NCBI GenBank assembly: GCA_963822585.1
Contig: CAWGIE010000040.1
Location: forward strand, 1-41,496
Direction: 5' to 3'
DNA length: 41,496 nucleotides
Source of the DNA: an uncultured bacterium
GTDB lineage: Bacteria > Auribacterota > Erginobacteria > Erginobacterales > Erginobacteraceae
Both the position numbers and the translations under genes were made by a program. The notes below the pieces were generated by a model. It was not told the origin of the DNA. It worked only from the letters and a program-made list of their open reading frames with translations, and made no database searches. Positions 1-8,755 of the stretch are shown in pieces; positions within the stretch are counted from its first letter, which is position 1, and each line of letters begins with the position of its first letter.

Positions 1-984
1 GGCGGATCCTATCACGAGGTCTACACGCTGCCCCGGGGCGGCGGCGACACCGTGAGCGATAACCAGGAGCGCGACATCACCGCTTACGTCGCCGGCAGCT
101 CCACCGTCTACGTCCGGGCCCGGATGCGGGCCGGGAGCTCCTACTGCTCCCAGTTTCTCCGCAACGGCTCGACGGGAAGCCCGGTCCTCTCCCTCCGGGG
201 ATTGGCATCGCCCCCGGCGCCGGCGACAGCCTCCCGGCCGCCCCTGATCGAGTCGGGCGACTATGACGGCGACGGCGCCGCCGAGATCGCCGTTTTCCGG
301 GAGAGCAGCGGGCTCTGGTCGATCCGGGGCGTCACCCGGGTTTATTTCGGCGCCGCGGGGGACATCCCCGTTTCCGGAGACTATAACGGCGACGGCACCG
401 CCGAGATCGCCCTCTACCGCCCGGGGAACGGGCTGTGGGCGGTCAACGGGATCGGCCGCGCCTACTTCGGTGGGCCAAACGATCTTCCCCTCCCCGGGGA
501 CTACAACAACAATGGCCAGTGCGACCTCGCTATATTCAGAGAGAACACCGGCCTCTGGGCGATCCGGGGCGTCACCCGCTTTTACTTCGGCGGATCCGGC
601 GACCAGCCGGTTCCGGCGGACTATGACGGCGACGGAGGGTGCGATATCGTCCTCTTCCGGGACGGACTCGGGCTCTGGGCGATCCGGGGTCACACCCGGA
701 TCTACTTCGGCAGTCCCGGCGACACCGCGGTCCCGGCGCAGTACGACCCCCGCGTCAACCGTTCGCTCTGCGCCGTCTTCCGATCCTCTACCGGTCTCTG
801 GTCGATCCGCGACGTCTCCCGTTTCTACTTCGGCGCCGGTTCCGACTGCCCGGTTCCGGCCGATTTTACTCTGGAGGGATGCGCACAGGCAGCAGTTTTC
901 AAAAACGCAAGCGGGCTCTGGGCGATCCGGGGGGTCGCCCGGCTTTACTATGGAATTGCCGAGGATAAACCGGTAACGAGATAA
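1..984 (+). CDS. 5'-truncated secreted/surface protein with C-terminal six-repeat FG-GAP/VCBS-like module
   Basis: Frame 1 is open from base 1 (GGSYHEVYTLPRGGGDTVSD...), so the GTG at 52 is internal. A Pro/Ala/Thr linker (SPPAPATASRPP) precedes six repeats of GDYxGDG...FRxxxGLWxIRGxxRxYFG, and the protein ends DKPVTR. Confidence 0.85.
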   Translation, partial: GGSYHEVYTLPRGGGDTVSDNQERDITAYVAGSSTVYVRARMRAGSSYCSQFLRNGSTGSPVLSLRGLASPPAPATASRPPLIESGDYDGDGAAEIAVFRESSGLWSIRGVTRVYFGAAGDIPVSGDYNGDGTAEIALYRPGNGLWAVNGIGRAYFGGPNDLPLPGDYNNNGQCDLAIFRENTGLWAIRGVTRFYFGGSGDQPVPADYDGDGGCDIVLFRDGLGLWAIRGHTRIYFGSPGDTAVPAQYDPRVNRSLCAVFRSSTGLWSIRDVSRFYFGAGSDCPVPADFTLEGCAQAAVFKNASGLWAIRGVARLYYGIAEDKPVTR

Positions 985-1095
985 AGATTTATCTTGTAGA
1001 ATAATTCAGATAAGATAGTATTTATAAAAATAGCTGACTTTTTGGACGGCTTCCCACTGTTACTATTATTTAATATATATACTTGATTTTTAGCT

Positions 1096-3492
1096 GTGAG
1101 GAATCCGGCAATAAAAATAATCTATTCCGTCAATTTTCTGCTTCTGTCTATCATCTCCCTCCCTCCCCCGATCTTTACTCAAGAGATATGGCAGATCAGC
1201 GCCGATCATACTATCCCCGGGAATCCCATTTACTTAAGCTCCTTTCGAGGGGAAAAGTGGGCCATTGAAGCCTTTCCCGGTTCCGACCGCTTTACCGACA
1301 ACTTCTTTCCCTGCATGGGAATCAGCCCTTCCGGGGAAAACTGGGTAGTCTGGTCAGCCGAGAAAGAAGAGGGGAAACCTCGCCTCTATTTCAGCCAGAG
1401 GGAAAACGGGTTCTGGAGTGACCCCCGGCCGGTTGACAGAACCAATACTGAATGGGAATCCTATCCGGCAATTACCTTCGACCAAACGGGGATACCCTGG
1501 CTGGCCTGGAGCCGCGCAGTCGGGGAAAACATTGAGATCCTGTGCTCCCGCTGGGAGGGGGATCATTTCGGACCGGCAGCGCTCATCAGCGCCCCGGGCA
1601 GCTCTCTCAATGTTGAGCCGGTCTTGAGCGCCGATAAAAACGGCGATATCGTCCTCCTCTGGCAAGAGTGGAATGGAGAGTACTATCAAATTTCTCAGCG
1701 GATTTATCACGAAAATGATTGGTCGGCTGAGGAAATTGTTTTTCCCCAGCTGGAAACCGATCAGACCCTCCCTTCAATTATTTTAAACAGTACTGGAGAA
1801 CTGGAAAGTTTCTGGTATCAAAACGGAGAAATAACCGGCAGTGTCCGGGAGGGTACCTTCTGGTCGGAACCGAGGGCTTCCCGTCACGCTTTCAAAACCA
1901 CCCCCTCCCTCCCACCCCCTTTTGCCGGAGAAGGGTGGATGGTAGAAGAGATGTCCCCGGGTGGATTTTGCTCCTTCCGATCCTCTCTCCTCCTCGGCAG
2001 CGGGGATGGCCTGGCCCACGGTCAAGGGAAGGACCGAGAAGTTCTCTCCGGTAATTCTTTTCAGTTTATCGGCTATGGCGACAGCATCACATACGGAACC
2101 ACCCCTCCGGGTAAGAACGGATGCTACATTCCGCTGCTAGAAAACTTGTTGGAGAGCGCTTATCCGGGGGACACGTTCAGCATCGCCAATCAAGGCTATC
2201 CCGGGGCACGAACAATACAGCTTCTTAACGGGGGGGGGTCCTGGGGCTGCCAGGGCATTAATGCCACCATCGACTATTATATCGAATTTCTTCATCAGCC
2301 CATCAGTCGAATCCTCATTATGGGCGGAACCAATGACATGTCTGACGGTGATAATTTCGCATATGCCAAGACAAATCTGGGGGCGATGATTGACCGTGCC
2401 CGAGCCAAGGGCCTGGACCCGGTTCTGTCAACGATCATTCCCCGATGTGATAGTTCCGAAAGGTCCCAGAGAAACACGTATCTGAATGGATATTTCATTC
2501 TTCCCCTGGCGCAGGAGAAAAACTGCCCTCTTTCCGACCCTTTCACCCTGTTTGTTCTCTCCGGCCCCTGGCAGAATCTGCTGGTTGAAGATTGTGTCCA
2601 TCCGGTCTGGACGGCGGGCTCCCAGAAGATCGCCGAGGCCTGGTTCGAAGCTCTGGTGATCTATGCTCCTACCCCCACCGTCCCGGCATCCCCAACCCCG
2701 ACACCGGCCGTCCAGATCCTGGACTCGGGAGACTATAACGGAGACTCCACCTCCGACATCGCCGTCTTCCGGAAGAGTTCCGGACTCTGGGCGGTCAAGG
2801 GGGTGACCCGCGTTTACTTCGGGACCGGCAGCGATATCCCCGCCTCCGGCGACTTTGACGGCGACGGGACCACCGACCTGGCCCTCTTCCGATCCGCTTC
2901 CGGACTCTGGGCGATCAGGGGGATCACCCGGGCCTACTTCGGCGGGAGTTCCGATATCCCGGCGCCCGGCGACTACGACGGCAACGGTACCTGCGACGCC
3001 GGGATCTTTCGCGGATCCAGCGGCCTCTGGGTAGTCCGGGGCGTGACCCGGGTGTACTTCGGGTCCAGCTCCGATCTCCCGGTCCCGGTTTACGGCGGTC
3101 TGGGCGAGAGTGCCAAGCATCTCGGAATCTTCCGGCCCGCGTCCGGCCTCTGGGCGATCCGGGGGGTAACGCGGACCTACTTCGGGGGCAGCTCCGATCA
3201 GCCGGTCCCGGCCAACTACTCGGACACGCCGGACAGCCTCGACATCGGGATCTTCCGGGCCTCGTCCGGTCTCTGGGCGGTCAAGGGCGTGACCCGGGTG
3301 TACTTCGGCTCCAGCCAGGACCGGCCGGTGGTCGGCAACTACACCGGGTTCATCCCGGCCGACGCCGGGATCTTCCGGCCCTCCTCGGGTCTCTGGGCGA
3401 TCCGTGGCCTGACCCGGGTGTACTTCGGGGGCAGCTCCGATCTCCCTGTCTCCGGCCTGGCCATCAACCCCTCCAGCACCGCTGTTCCCTGA
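1096..3492 (+). CDS. Secreted SGNH/GDSL hydrolase: signal peptide, Trp-rich beta-propeller-like domain, SGNH domain, PT linker, six-repeat module
   Basis: Hydrophobic N-terminus. All SGNH blocks are intact: GYGDSITYG, NQGYPG, MGGTND, EDCVHP. Linker PTPTVPASPTPTP, then six C-terminal repeats. Confidence 0.85.
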   Translation: MRNPAIKIIYSVNFLLLSIISLPPPIFTQEIWQISADHTIPGNPIYLSSFRGEKWAIEAFPGSDRFTDNFFPCMGISPSGENWVVWSAEKEEGKPRLYFSQRENGFWSDPRPVDRTNTEWESYPAITFDQTGIPWLAWSRAVGENIEILCSRWEGDHFGPAALISAPGSSLNVEPVLSADKNGDIVLLWQEWNGEYYQISQRIYHENDWSAEEIVFPQLETDQTLPSIILNSTGELESFWYQNGEITGSVREGTFWSEPRASRHAFKTTPSLPPPFAGEGWMVEEMSPGGFCSFRSSLLLGSGDGLAHGQGKDREVLSGNSFQFIGYGDSITYGTTPPGKNGCYIPLLENLLESAYPGDTFSIANQGYPGARTIQLLNGGGSWGCQGINATIDYYIEFLHQPISRILIMGGTNDMSDGDNFAYAKTNLGAMIDRARAKGLDPVLSTIIPRCDSSERSQRNTYLNGYFILPLAQEKNCPLSDPFTLFVLSGPWQNLLVEDCVHPVWTAGSQKIAEAWFEALVIYAPTPTVPASPTPTPAVQILDSGDYNGDSTSDIAVFRKSSGLWAVKGVTRVYFGTGSDIPASGDFDGDGTTDLALFRSASGLWAIRGITRAYFGGSSDIPAPGDYDGNGTCDAGIFRGSSGLWVVRGVTRVYFGSSSDLPVPVYGGLGESAKHLGIFRPASGLWAIRGVTRTYFGGSSDQPVPANYSDTPDSLDIGIFRASSGLWAVKGVTRVYFGSSQDRPVVGNYTGFIPADAGIFRPSSGLWAIRGLTRVYFGGSSDLPVSGLAINPSSTAVP
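2719..3399 (+). repeat. Copy 1 of a ~680-bp near-identical direct repeat encoding the six-repeat module
   Basis: Aligns ungapped to 5378-6058 (offset 2659). I found 4 substitutions by eye, at 2742, 2764, 2837 and 2893. Confidence 0.9.
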
Positions 3493-3522
3493 GTATTTTT
3501 AACAGAACGATTAACAAATTTC

Positions 3523-3553
3523 GGGGGGGACCGATATGAGTTCCCCCTTTTTT
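3523..3553 (+). terminator. Possible rho-independent terminator
   Basis: GGGGGA...TCCCCC stem followed by a T-run, about 30 nt after the stop at 3492. The loop is rather long. Confidence 0.4.
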
Positions 3554-3601
3554 AACCTGTCCAAGTGGAGCGGATTGTTCGACGTTTATTCTTTCAGTTG
3601 C

Positions 3602-3629
3602 GGGCTAACACGGGGGTTTCGCCCCTGCA
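3602..3629 (-). repeat. Degenerate REP-like palindrome
   Basis: The minus strand reads GCAG-GGGCGAA-ACCCCCGTG-TTAGCCC, a GTAG-like tetranucleotide followed by an imperfect hairpin, which is the usual REP layout. Confidence 0.4.
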
Positions 3630-3640
3630 GATTGCTCCAG

Positions 3641-3668
3641 GTTCGACGTTGAGCGTTCGGCGTTCAGT
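3641..3668. repeat. Degenerate 7-mer tandem repeat
   Basis: gttcgac gttgagc gttcggc gttcagt; 17 bp are identical to 6229-6245. Confidence 0.7.
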
Positions 3669-3784
3669 TTATCCCGAGCGCGATGCTCTGTGCTCCGGAT
3701 GCTTCTCCTCTTGATTTCGGCAGGAAAATCTGGCAGATTTATACCTTACTTGAAAAATAAAATTTCATTAACAGGAGGTAATCC

Positions 3785-6151
3785 ATGAAAATAAGAAAAC
3801 TGTTTTTGGCGGCCGGCATACTGATCGTTCCGGTTTTACTCTATCCTTGTACCTCCGCCACGGCAGAGGAGATGTGGCTGGTCTGGTCGGATTATAATCA
3901 GGACGGTAACCCGGTCTTGATCAGCCAGCTCAGGCAGGGTGGCTGGCGCACGGAAGATTTTCCGCCCGGGCAAGCCTTCGATGCCAACTTCGCCCCTTCT
4001 CCCGGCATCGATAAGACAGGGAGCCTCTGGATGGTCTGGGCCGCCAGCATGGAAAACACGGTTCCCTCCGTCTACTGGAGCCGGAATTCCGGCAGCGGCT
4101 GGAGTGCGCCGCGCCGCGCCGATGGGGAATCCGCCCGCTGGGAGTGCACCCCGGCGATCGCCTTCGACCGGGCCGGGAAGCCGGTCGTCACATGGGTCGC
4201 CGTCGCCGGCGGGAGCACCGAGATATTCTGCTCCGGGTGGGCAGGGGACGGTTTCGGACCCGCCTTCATGGTGAGTGCGGCCGATGACTCCCCTGACGGA
4301 AGACCTTCCCTGGCAATCGGGGATAACGGAAACATAAATATATTCTGGGAAGGCTGGCAGGACGGCCATAGCCAGATTTTCCTGAGACGATATGAATCCG
4401 GCACCTGGTCTCCGGAGAAGACCGCCGATCCCCGGCCCGGAACGGATCAGATCCTCCCTACGGCCGTCCGGTTGAGAGACGGACGGGTGGGGGTTACCTG
4501 GTGGGAAGACGGGAACGAGGTCACGTTTGAAGAGGGCAAATCCGCCCTGCGGAACAGCAACCGTTCTCTGGCCGATCGATTCTCCGGCCTTGACTTCCCC
4601 GAAGCGGACGGCAGCGCATGGCTCCTGGTCGCAGGTACGGAAGGAGAACCGGCAGCTTACCGGTACCGGACCCTCCTCCCCCCGCCCGAACGGACCACAT
4701 CACGCCTGGCCGGGAAGACGCTGGCGACTCATTACTATATCGGCTACGGCGACGACATCACCTATCCTCGCAGCATAGGACCTGACAACGGGAACTGGTA
4801 TGGGACGTACCTGACGACTATGCTCCCTGACCTTTTTCCCGGTCAGACCTTTGTCCTCTACAATAATGCTTATCCACTGTCTGTGACCAGCGACCTGCTG
4901 AACGGTCCGGGAAGCCCGCCTTACCTGTGCCCCGGCATCAACGCGGTCATTGACAGCCATCCACTCGCCACCAAGATCCTGATTATGGGTGGGACCCGCG
5001 ACATAGGGTGGGGAGTGGCTCTTCCCGACACTACGTATAACCTGGGGCAGATGATCGACCGGGCCCGCGCCAAGGGGGTAGAACCGATCCTGGCAACGAT
5101 CATCCCCCGGCTCGACAAGACGAATAACTACAACCTCTCCACCGACCTCTCCACCAACTATATCTCTCCGCTGGCCGTGACGAAGCACTGCACCCTGGCC
5201 AACCCCTGGCAGGTATTCATGAATTATGGGGACATAGATTACATCAGCAACACCCTGTACGGATACCCTTACTACTGGGACGGGATTAACCCCAACGGGG
5301 CGGAGGGAAATCAGGAGATCGCCGACGCCTGGTATGCTGCCTTCGCCGCCGCCACCCCAACGCCGGCGCCGCTCATTCTGGACTCGGGAGACTATAACGG
5401 CGACTCCACCTCCGACATCGCCATCTTCCGGAAGAGTTCCGGACTCTGGGCGGTCAAGGGGGTGACCCGCGTTTACTTCGGGACCGGCAGCGATACCCCC
5501 GCCTCCGGCGACTTTGACGGCGACGGGACCACCGACCTGGCCCTCTTCCGACCCGCTTCCGGACTCTGGGCGATCAGGGGGATCACCCGGGCCTACTTCG
5601 GCGGGAGTTCCGATATCCCGGCGCCCGGCGACTACGACGGCAACGGTACCTGCGACGCCGGGATCTTTCGCGGATCCAGCGGCCTCTGGGTAGTCCGGGG
5701 CGTGACCCGGGTGTACTTCGGGTCCAGCTCCGATCTCCCGGTCCCGGTTTACGGCGGTCTGGGCGAGAGTGCCAAGCATCTCGGAATCTTCCGGCCCGCG
5801 TCCGGCCTCTGGGCGATCCGGGGGGTAACGCGGACCTACTTCGGGGGCAGCTCCGATCAGCCGGTCCCGGCCAACTACTCGGACACGCCGGACAGCCTCG
5901 ACATCGGGATCTTCCGGGCCTCGTCCGGTCTCTGGGCGGTCAAGGGCGTGACCCGGGTGTACTTCGGCTCCAGCCAGGACCGGCCGGTGGTCGGCAACTA
6001 CACCGGGTTCATCCCGGCCGACGCCGGGATCTTCCGGCCCTCCTCGGGTCTCTGGGCGGTCAAGGGCCTGACCCGGGTGTACTTCGGCTCCAGCGACGAC
6101 ATCCCGGTCACCGCTCTCTCCATCAACCCTTCCAGCGCGGCCATTCCCTGA
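3785..6151 (+). CDS. Secreted SGNH-fold paralog lacking the catalytic residues, with six-repeat module
   Basis: AGGAGG RBS at 3773-3778 and a signal peptide. Colinear with 1096-3492, but the blocks read GYGDDITY, NNAYPL, MGGTRD and WDGINP. Confidence 0.85.
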   Translation: MKIRKLFLAAGILIVPVLLYPCTSATAEEMWLVWSDYNQDGNPVLISQLRQGGWRTEDFPPGQAFDANFAPSPGIDKTGSLWMVWAASMENTVPSVYWSRNSGSGWSAPRRADGESARWECTPAIAFDRAGKPVVTWVAVAGGSTEIFCSGWAGDGFGPAFMVSAADDSPDGRPSLAIGDNGNINIFWEGWQDGHSQIFLRRYESGTWSPEKTADPRPGTDQILPTAVRLRDGRVGVTWWEDGNEVTFEEGKSALRNSNRSLADRFSGLDFPEADGSAWLLVAGTEGEPAAYRYRTLLPPPERTTSRLAGKTLATHYYIGYGDDITYPRSIGPDNGNWYGTYLTTMLPDLFPGQTFVLYNNAYPLSVTSDLLNGPGSPPYLCPGINAVIDSHPLATKILIMGGTRDIGWGVALPDTTYNLGQMIDRARAKGVEPILATIIPRLDKTNNYNLSTDLSTNYISPLAVTKHCTLANPWQVFMNYGDIDYISNTLYGYPYYWDGINPNGAEGNQEIADAWYAAFAAATPTPAPLILDSGDYNGDSTSDIAIFRKSSGLWAVKGVTRVYFGTGSDTPASGDFDGDGTTDLALFRPASGLWAIRGITRAYFGGSSDIPAPGDYDGNGTCDAGIFRGSSGLWVVRGVTRVYFGSSSDLPVPVYGGLGESAKHLGIFRPASGLWAIRGVTRTYFGGSSDQPVPANYSDTPDSLDIGIFRASSGLWAVKGVTRVYFGSSQDRPVVGNYTGFIPADAGIFRPSSGLWAVKGLTRVYFGSSDDIPVTALSINPSSAAIP
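5378..6058 (+). repeat. Copy 2 of the ~680-bp near-identical direct repeat
   Basis: Matches 2719-3399. Confidence 0.9.
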
Positions 6152-6221
6152 ATATTTTTGACAGGACGATGATACGACCCGGAAACGAATATCGGGGGAG
6201 ACCAGGACGATTTATTTGGAT

Positions 6222-6256
6222 GTTGAACGTTCGACGTTGAGCGTTGAACGTTCGAC
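6222..6256. repeat. Degenerate 7-mer tandem repeat
   Basis: gttgaac gttcgac gttgagc gttgaac gttcgac. Confidence 0.75.
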
Positions 6257-6317
6257 CCTTATTCCCCTCTGTGTCGCCCCCTTTTCCCATTAAGACAAAG
6301 AACTCTAGAAGTTCTAA

Positions 6318-6596
6318 CCGTTAAAGGAGATTGCCGGGGCAGTGGCCAAAGAATAGGGGAGAAAACCGAAAGATATACTAAGGGAAACGGTCAAAGTGGA
6401 AGTAAGCCCGGCAAATTTTGATTGACCTGAACTATCCTTTTCGGGAAAAGAGTCTCCAGAAGCTGGGAGAAGGATTAGGAGTGACAGGTGAAGATGGAAC
6501 GCGCATATACATCAGCGAATACAAAGAAAAATGAAGAAGGATAAAAAGCTATCTCAACAAGTGAACCGGATTTATCAAGAGATTATTAGTCAGTAA
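6318..6596 (+). pseudogene. Degraded fragment resembling a DnaA domain IV-like HTH, as found at the C-terminus of some Y1/RAYT transposases
   Basis: Stitched across 2 stops and 2 frameshifts it reads PLKEIAGAVAKE*GRKPKDILR / KRSKWK*ARQILIDLNYPFREKSLQKLGEGLGVTG / AHIHQRIQRKMKKDKKLSQQVNRIYQEIISQ*. The region is A-rich relative to its neighbours. Confidence 0.45.
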
Positions 6597-6635
6597 CTTA
6601 TATAGTATGAGGGATTCGCGGCTTTTTGAAACGTA

Positions 6636-8543
6636 CTATTGTATGTAGCCGAGCGCTTTTAGCTGTTTCACCCGCCCCTGTCGATCCTGATTATTCCGGG
6701 CTCCTTTATCTCCCGCCGTCCGTAATGGCTCAAAACCAAAATAATAGATGATAATCCAAGAAGGACCGGCGGATGGTTCAATCCGGGCGTGAAACTCCCG
6801 ACCGGAAATCTCAACCTCCCCCAGACTAAAGATGCTCTTACCCGGCTGAGTACTGACATCCACCTTCACTTCCTTTTCAGAATCAGCCTCCGGCAGGATA
6901 ATTCGAAAGATACTGGCTGGAATCCCCTGTATCTCCCGGGCCCGGGAACAGAAGACTGAGACCAGGTAACGACCGTCGGGGAGAGGAAAACTGATGGACA
7001 AGGGGGAAAGAGCGGCCTGGTTGAAACCAAGCAGATAATACTGACCGGGCATACGATCATGAATCCAGACGGGCGCGGAGCGGGCTCTTTCCAGAATCTC
7101 ATTATCCTGCGTCAAAACCGTATCGCGATAGACAACTTCAATATCTTCATTGTCGCTGAGCTGAAATTCACTGGCCGGGATAGAGAAAGGGAATCGAGGT
7201 GTTCCCTGACCGACGGATTTATTAAATCTGGTTTGTGGTCCTAAAAGCCGCGCCGCCATCACGGTCTGTAAACGCCGGGCTATTTCTGGCTCTATATCAA
7301 TCAAATTATGCCGCTCCTTCGGATCATTATCCAGATTATAGAGATAATCCGGGGAGCCGTGAGGATCATGGATAAACTTATAGTGACGTGATCGTATGGA
7401 ATCAGAAGTAAAAATATATTCCCGGGCCGGGGAAAGAGATCCGTCTTTCTGAAAGACACTCTTCCCATCAAAGTCCTTTCCGGAAGGGGCTGCCAGAGCC
7501 AGCATCGCCATCAGGGTGGGGAGGATATCAACATTTTCAGTCAGGGCAGTTACCTTGAGCTGCGGTGAGATCTTACCGGGAAGCCTCATAATCAACGGCA
7601 CCCGGGTAACCGCGTCCCAGGGGAGACCAGCATGCTGGAGAAAACCGTGCTCACCCAGATATTCACCGTGATCGGCGGTAATAATCAGCAAGGTATTGTC
7701 ATAAAGCCCGTTTTCCTTCAGCGACTTTAAAAAAAAGCCGAGGCGGGTATCAGCGTATCTCAGGTCGCCGTCATAAAGCGCATTAAGATATTCCCCGTCC
7801 GCGTCGGTAAAATTTTTCGGCATAATGCTGAGACCGTCCATCATATTCGTGATACCGCGAGGGAACCCTTCCCGGTCAAATTTTTTCCGGGGATCATAGG
7901 ATTTATCGGCATAGAGCAGTGTTTCCTCCTGTCTTTCATGGGGGAAATGGGTATCCATCAGGTGGATGTACATAAAAAACGGCTGGGGAGGCGCATTCTC
8001 CAGCCATTTAATCACGCGACTTAATACTTTCCCGGCTTTAGCATAAGCGGATCGCTTTGAAAAGATCGGATAATACTGGTCGAAATCATCCACCAGTTCC
8101 TGTCCGGGAATGAGCCAGGGATGGGCGGTAAAAAGAACAGTGTGATACCCGTTCTCGTTGAAGACGCCGGCCAGGGAAATAGCTGATTGATCAAGCGTCC
8201 GAAAGAGTTGATTCGGATCCCCTATGGGGACGCGGATATCCGCGGGAAGCAATGGATTGATAAAATAGCGGGAGTAAAAATAACTGGGAACGGAGGCGAG
8301 GGTATAGGTGCTGTTGGAAAAATGGTTACAGAACGTCACTCCTTCGGAGGCCAGCGCATCTATGTTCGGGGTGGTATCACGTTCATATCCGTTACAGCCA
8401 AACCGATCGGCACGGGCAGCATCGAGCAGAATGAAGATCACGTTGGGTTTTTCTTCTTTGCGTCCACAACCGACGAGCATTATCCAACCTGTCATCAAGA
8501 TCGTCAGGATGAGAGCGGCAGATATATGATTCTTTATCCTCAT
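6636..8543 (-). CDS. Sulfatase-like (alkaline phosphatase superfamily) lipoprotein
   Basis: Motifs PNVIFILLDAARAD, TTPNID, HLMDTHFP, YDGDLRYAD, ITADHGE and a C-terminal LKALGY; lipobox LVGC. I prefer the ATG at 8543 over the TTG at 8585. Confidence 0.85.
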   Translation of the reverse strand: MRIKNHISAALILTILMTGWIMLVGCGRKEEKPNVIFILLDAARADRFGCNGYERDTTPNIDALASEGVTFCNHFSNSTYTLASVPSYFYSRYFINPLLPADIRVPIGDPNQLFRTLDQSAISLAGVFNENGYHTVLFTAHPWLIPGQELVDDFDQYYPIFSKRSAYAKAGKVLSRVIKWLENAPPQPFFMYIHLMDTHFPHERQEETLLYADKSYDPRKKFDREGFPRGITNMMDGLSIMPKNFTDADGEYLNALYDGDLRYADTRLGFFLKSLKENGLYDNTLLIITADHGEYLGEHGFLQHAGLPWDAVTRVPLIMRLPGKISPQLKVTALTENVDILPTLMAMLALAAPSGKDFDGKSVFQKDGSLSPAREYIFTSDSIRSRHYKFIHDPHGSPDYLYNLDNDPKERHNLIDIEPEIARRLQTVMAARLLGPQTRFNKSVGQGTPRFPFSIPASEFQLSDNEDIEVVYRDTVLTQDNEILERARSAPVWIHDRMPGQYYLLGFNQAALSPLSISFPLPDGRYLVSVFCSRAREIQGIPASIFRIILPEADSEKEVKVDVSTQPGKSIFSLGEVEISGREFHARIEPSAGPSWIIIYYFGFEPLRTAGDKGARNNQDRQGRVKQLKALGYIQ

Positions 8544-8709
8544 AATAAATGAGGGGCGCGGAACGGGATTATTCAGGTTATTCAAATCACTATTGTTCGC
8601 AAAAATCGCCTTTTATATATCTTGAATGCAGCATAAAGTAAAATGAAAAAGGGAGAAGCAGACAGAGCTCCGGACAGTTAACGTAGCCCGCACCGTTCAA
8701 TGCCGGCGC

Positions 8710-8738
8710 TCGACCACCGGCCGAACTGGTATTATAAT
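8710..8738 (+). promoter_or_regulatory. Candidate sigma70 promoter
   Basis: TCGACC-N17-TATAAT just upstream of the SGNH gene. Confidence 0.4.
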
Positions 8739-8755
8739 CACCTCCTTTGACCAGC

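Noticed and set aside
1042..1069. Promoter TTGGAC-N16-TATTAT
   Set aside because: The spacer region is very AT-rich with several equally good -10 candidates, so no single call is supportable.
2428..5779. Two minus-strand ORFs with identical N-termini (2428-3120 and 4700-5779)
   Set aside because: Antisense products of the duplicated repeat module.
2719..6058. Diversity-generating retroelement template/variable repeat pair
   Set aside because: Both copies are coding, the few differences are not adenine-specific on one strand, and there is no reverse transcriptase in the window.
250..6110. CRISPR-like periodicity (ctctgggcg...tacttcgg every ~120 bp)
   Set aside because: It is the coding signature of 40-aa protein repeats. 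There are no unique spacers and no cas genes.
6636..8543. Calling the gene an arylsulfatase or choline sulfatase
   Set aside because: It lacks the C/S-x-P-x-R formylglycine signature.
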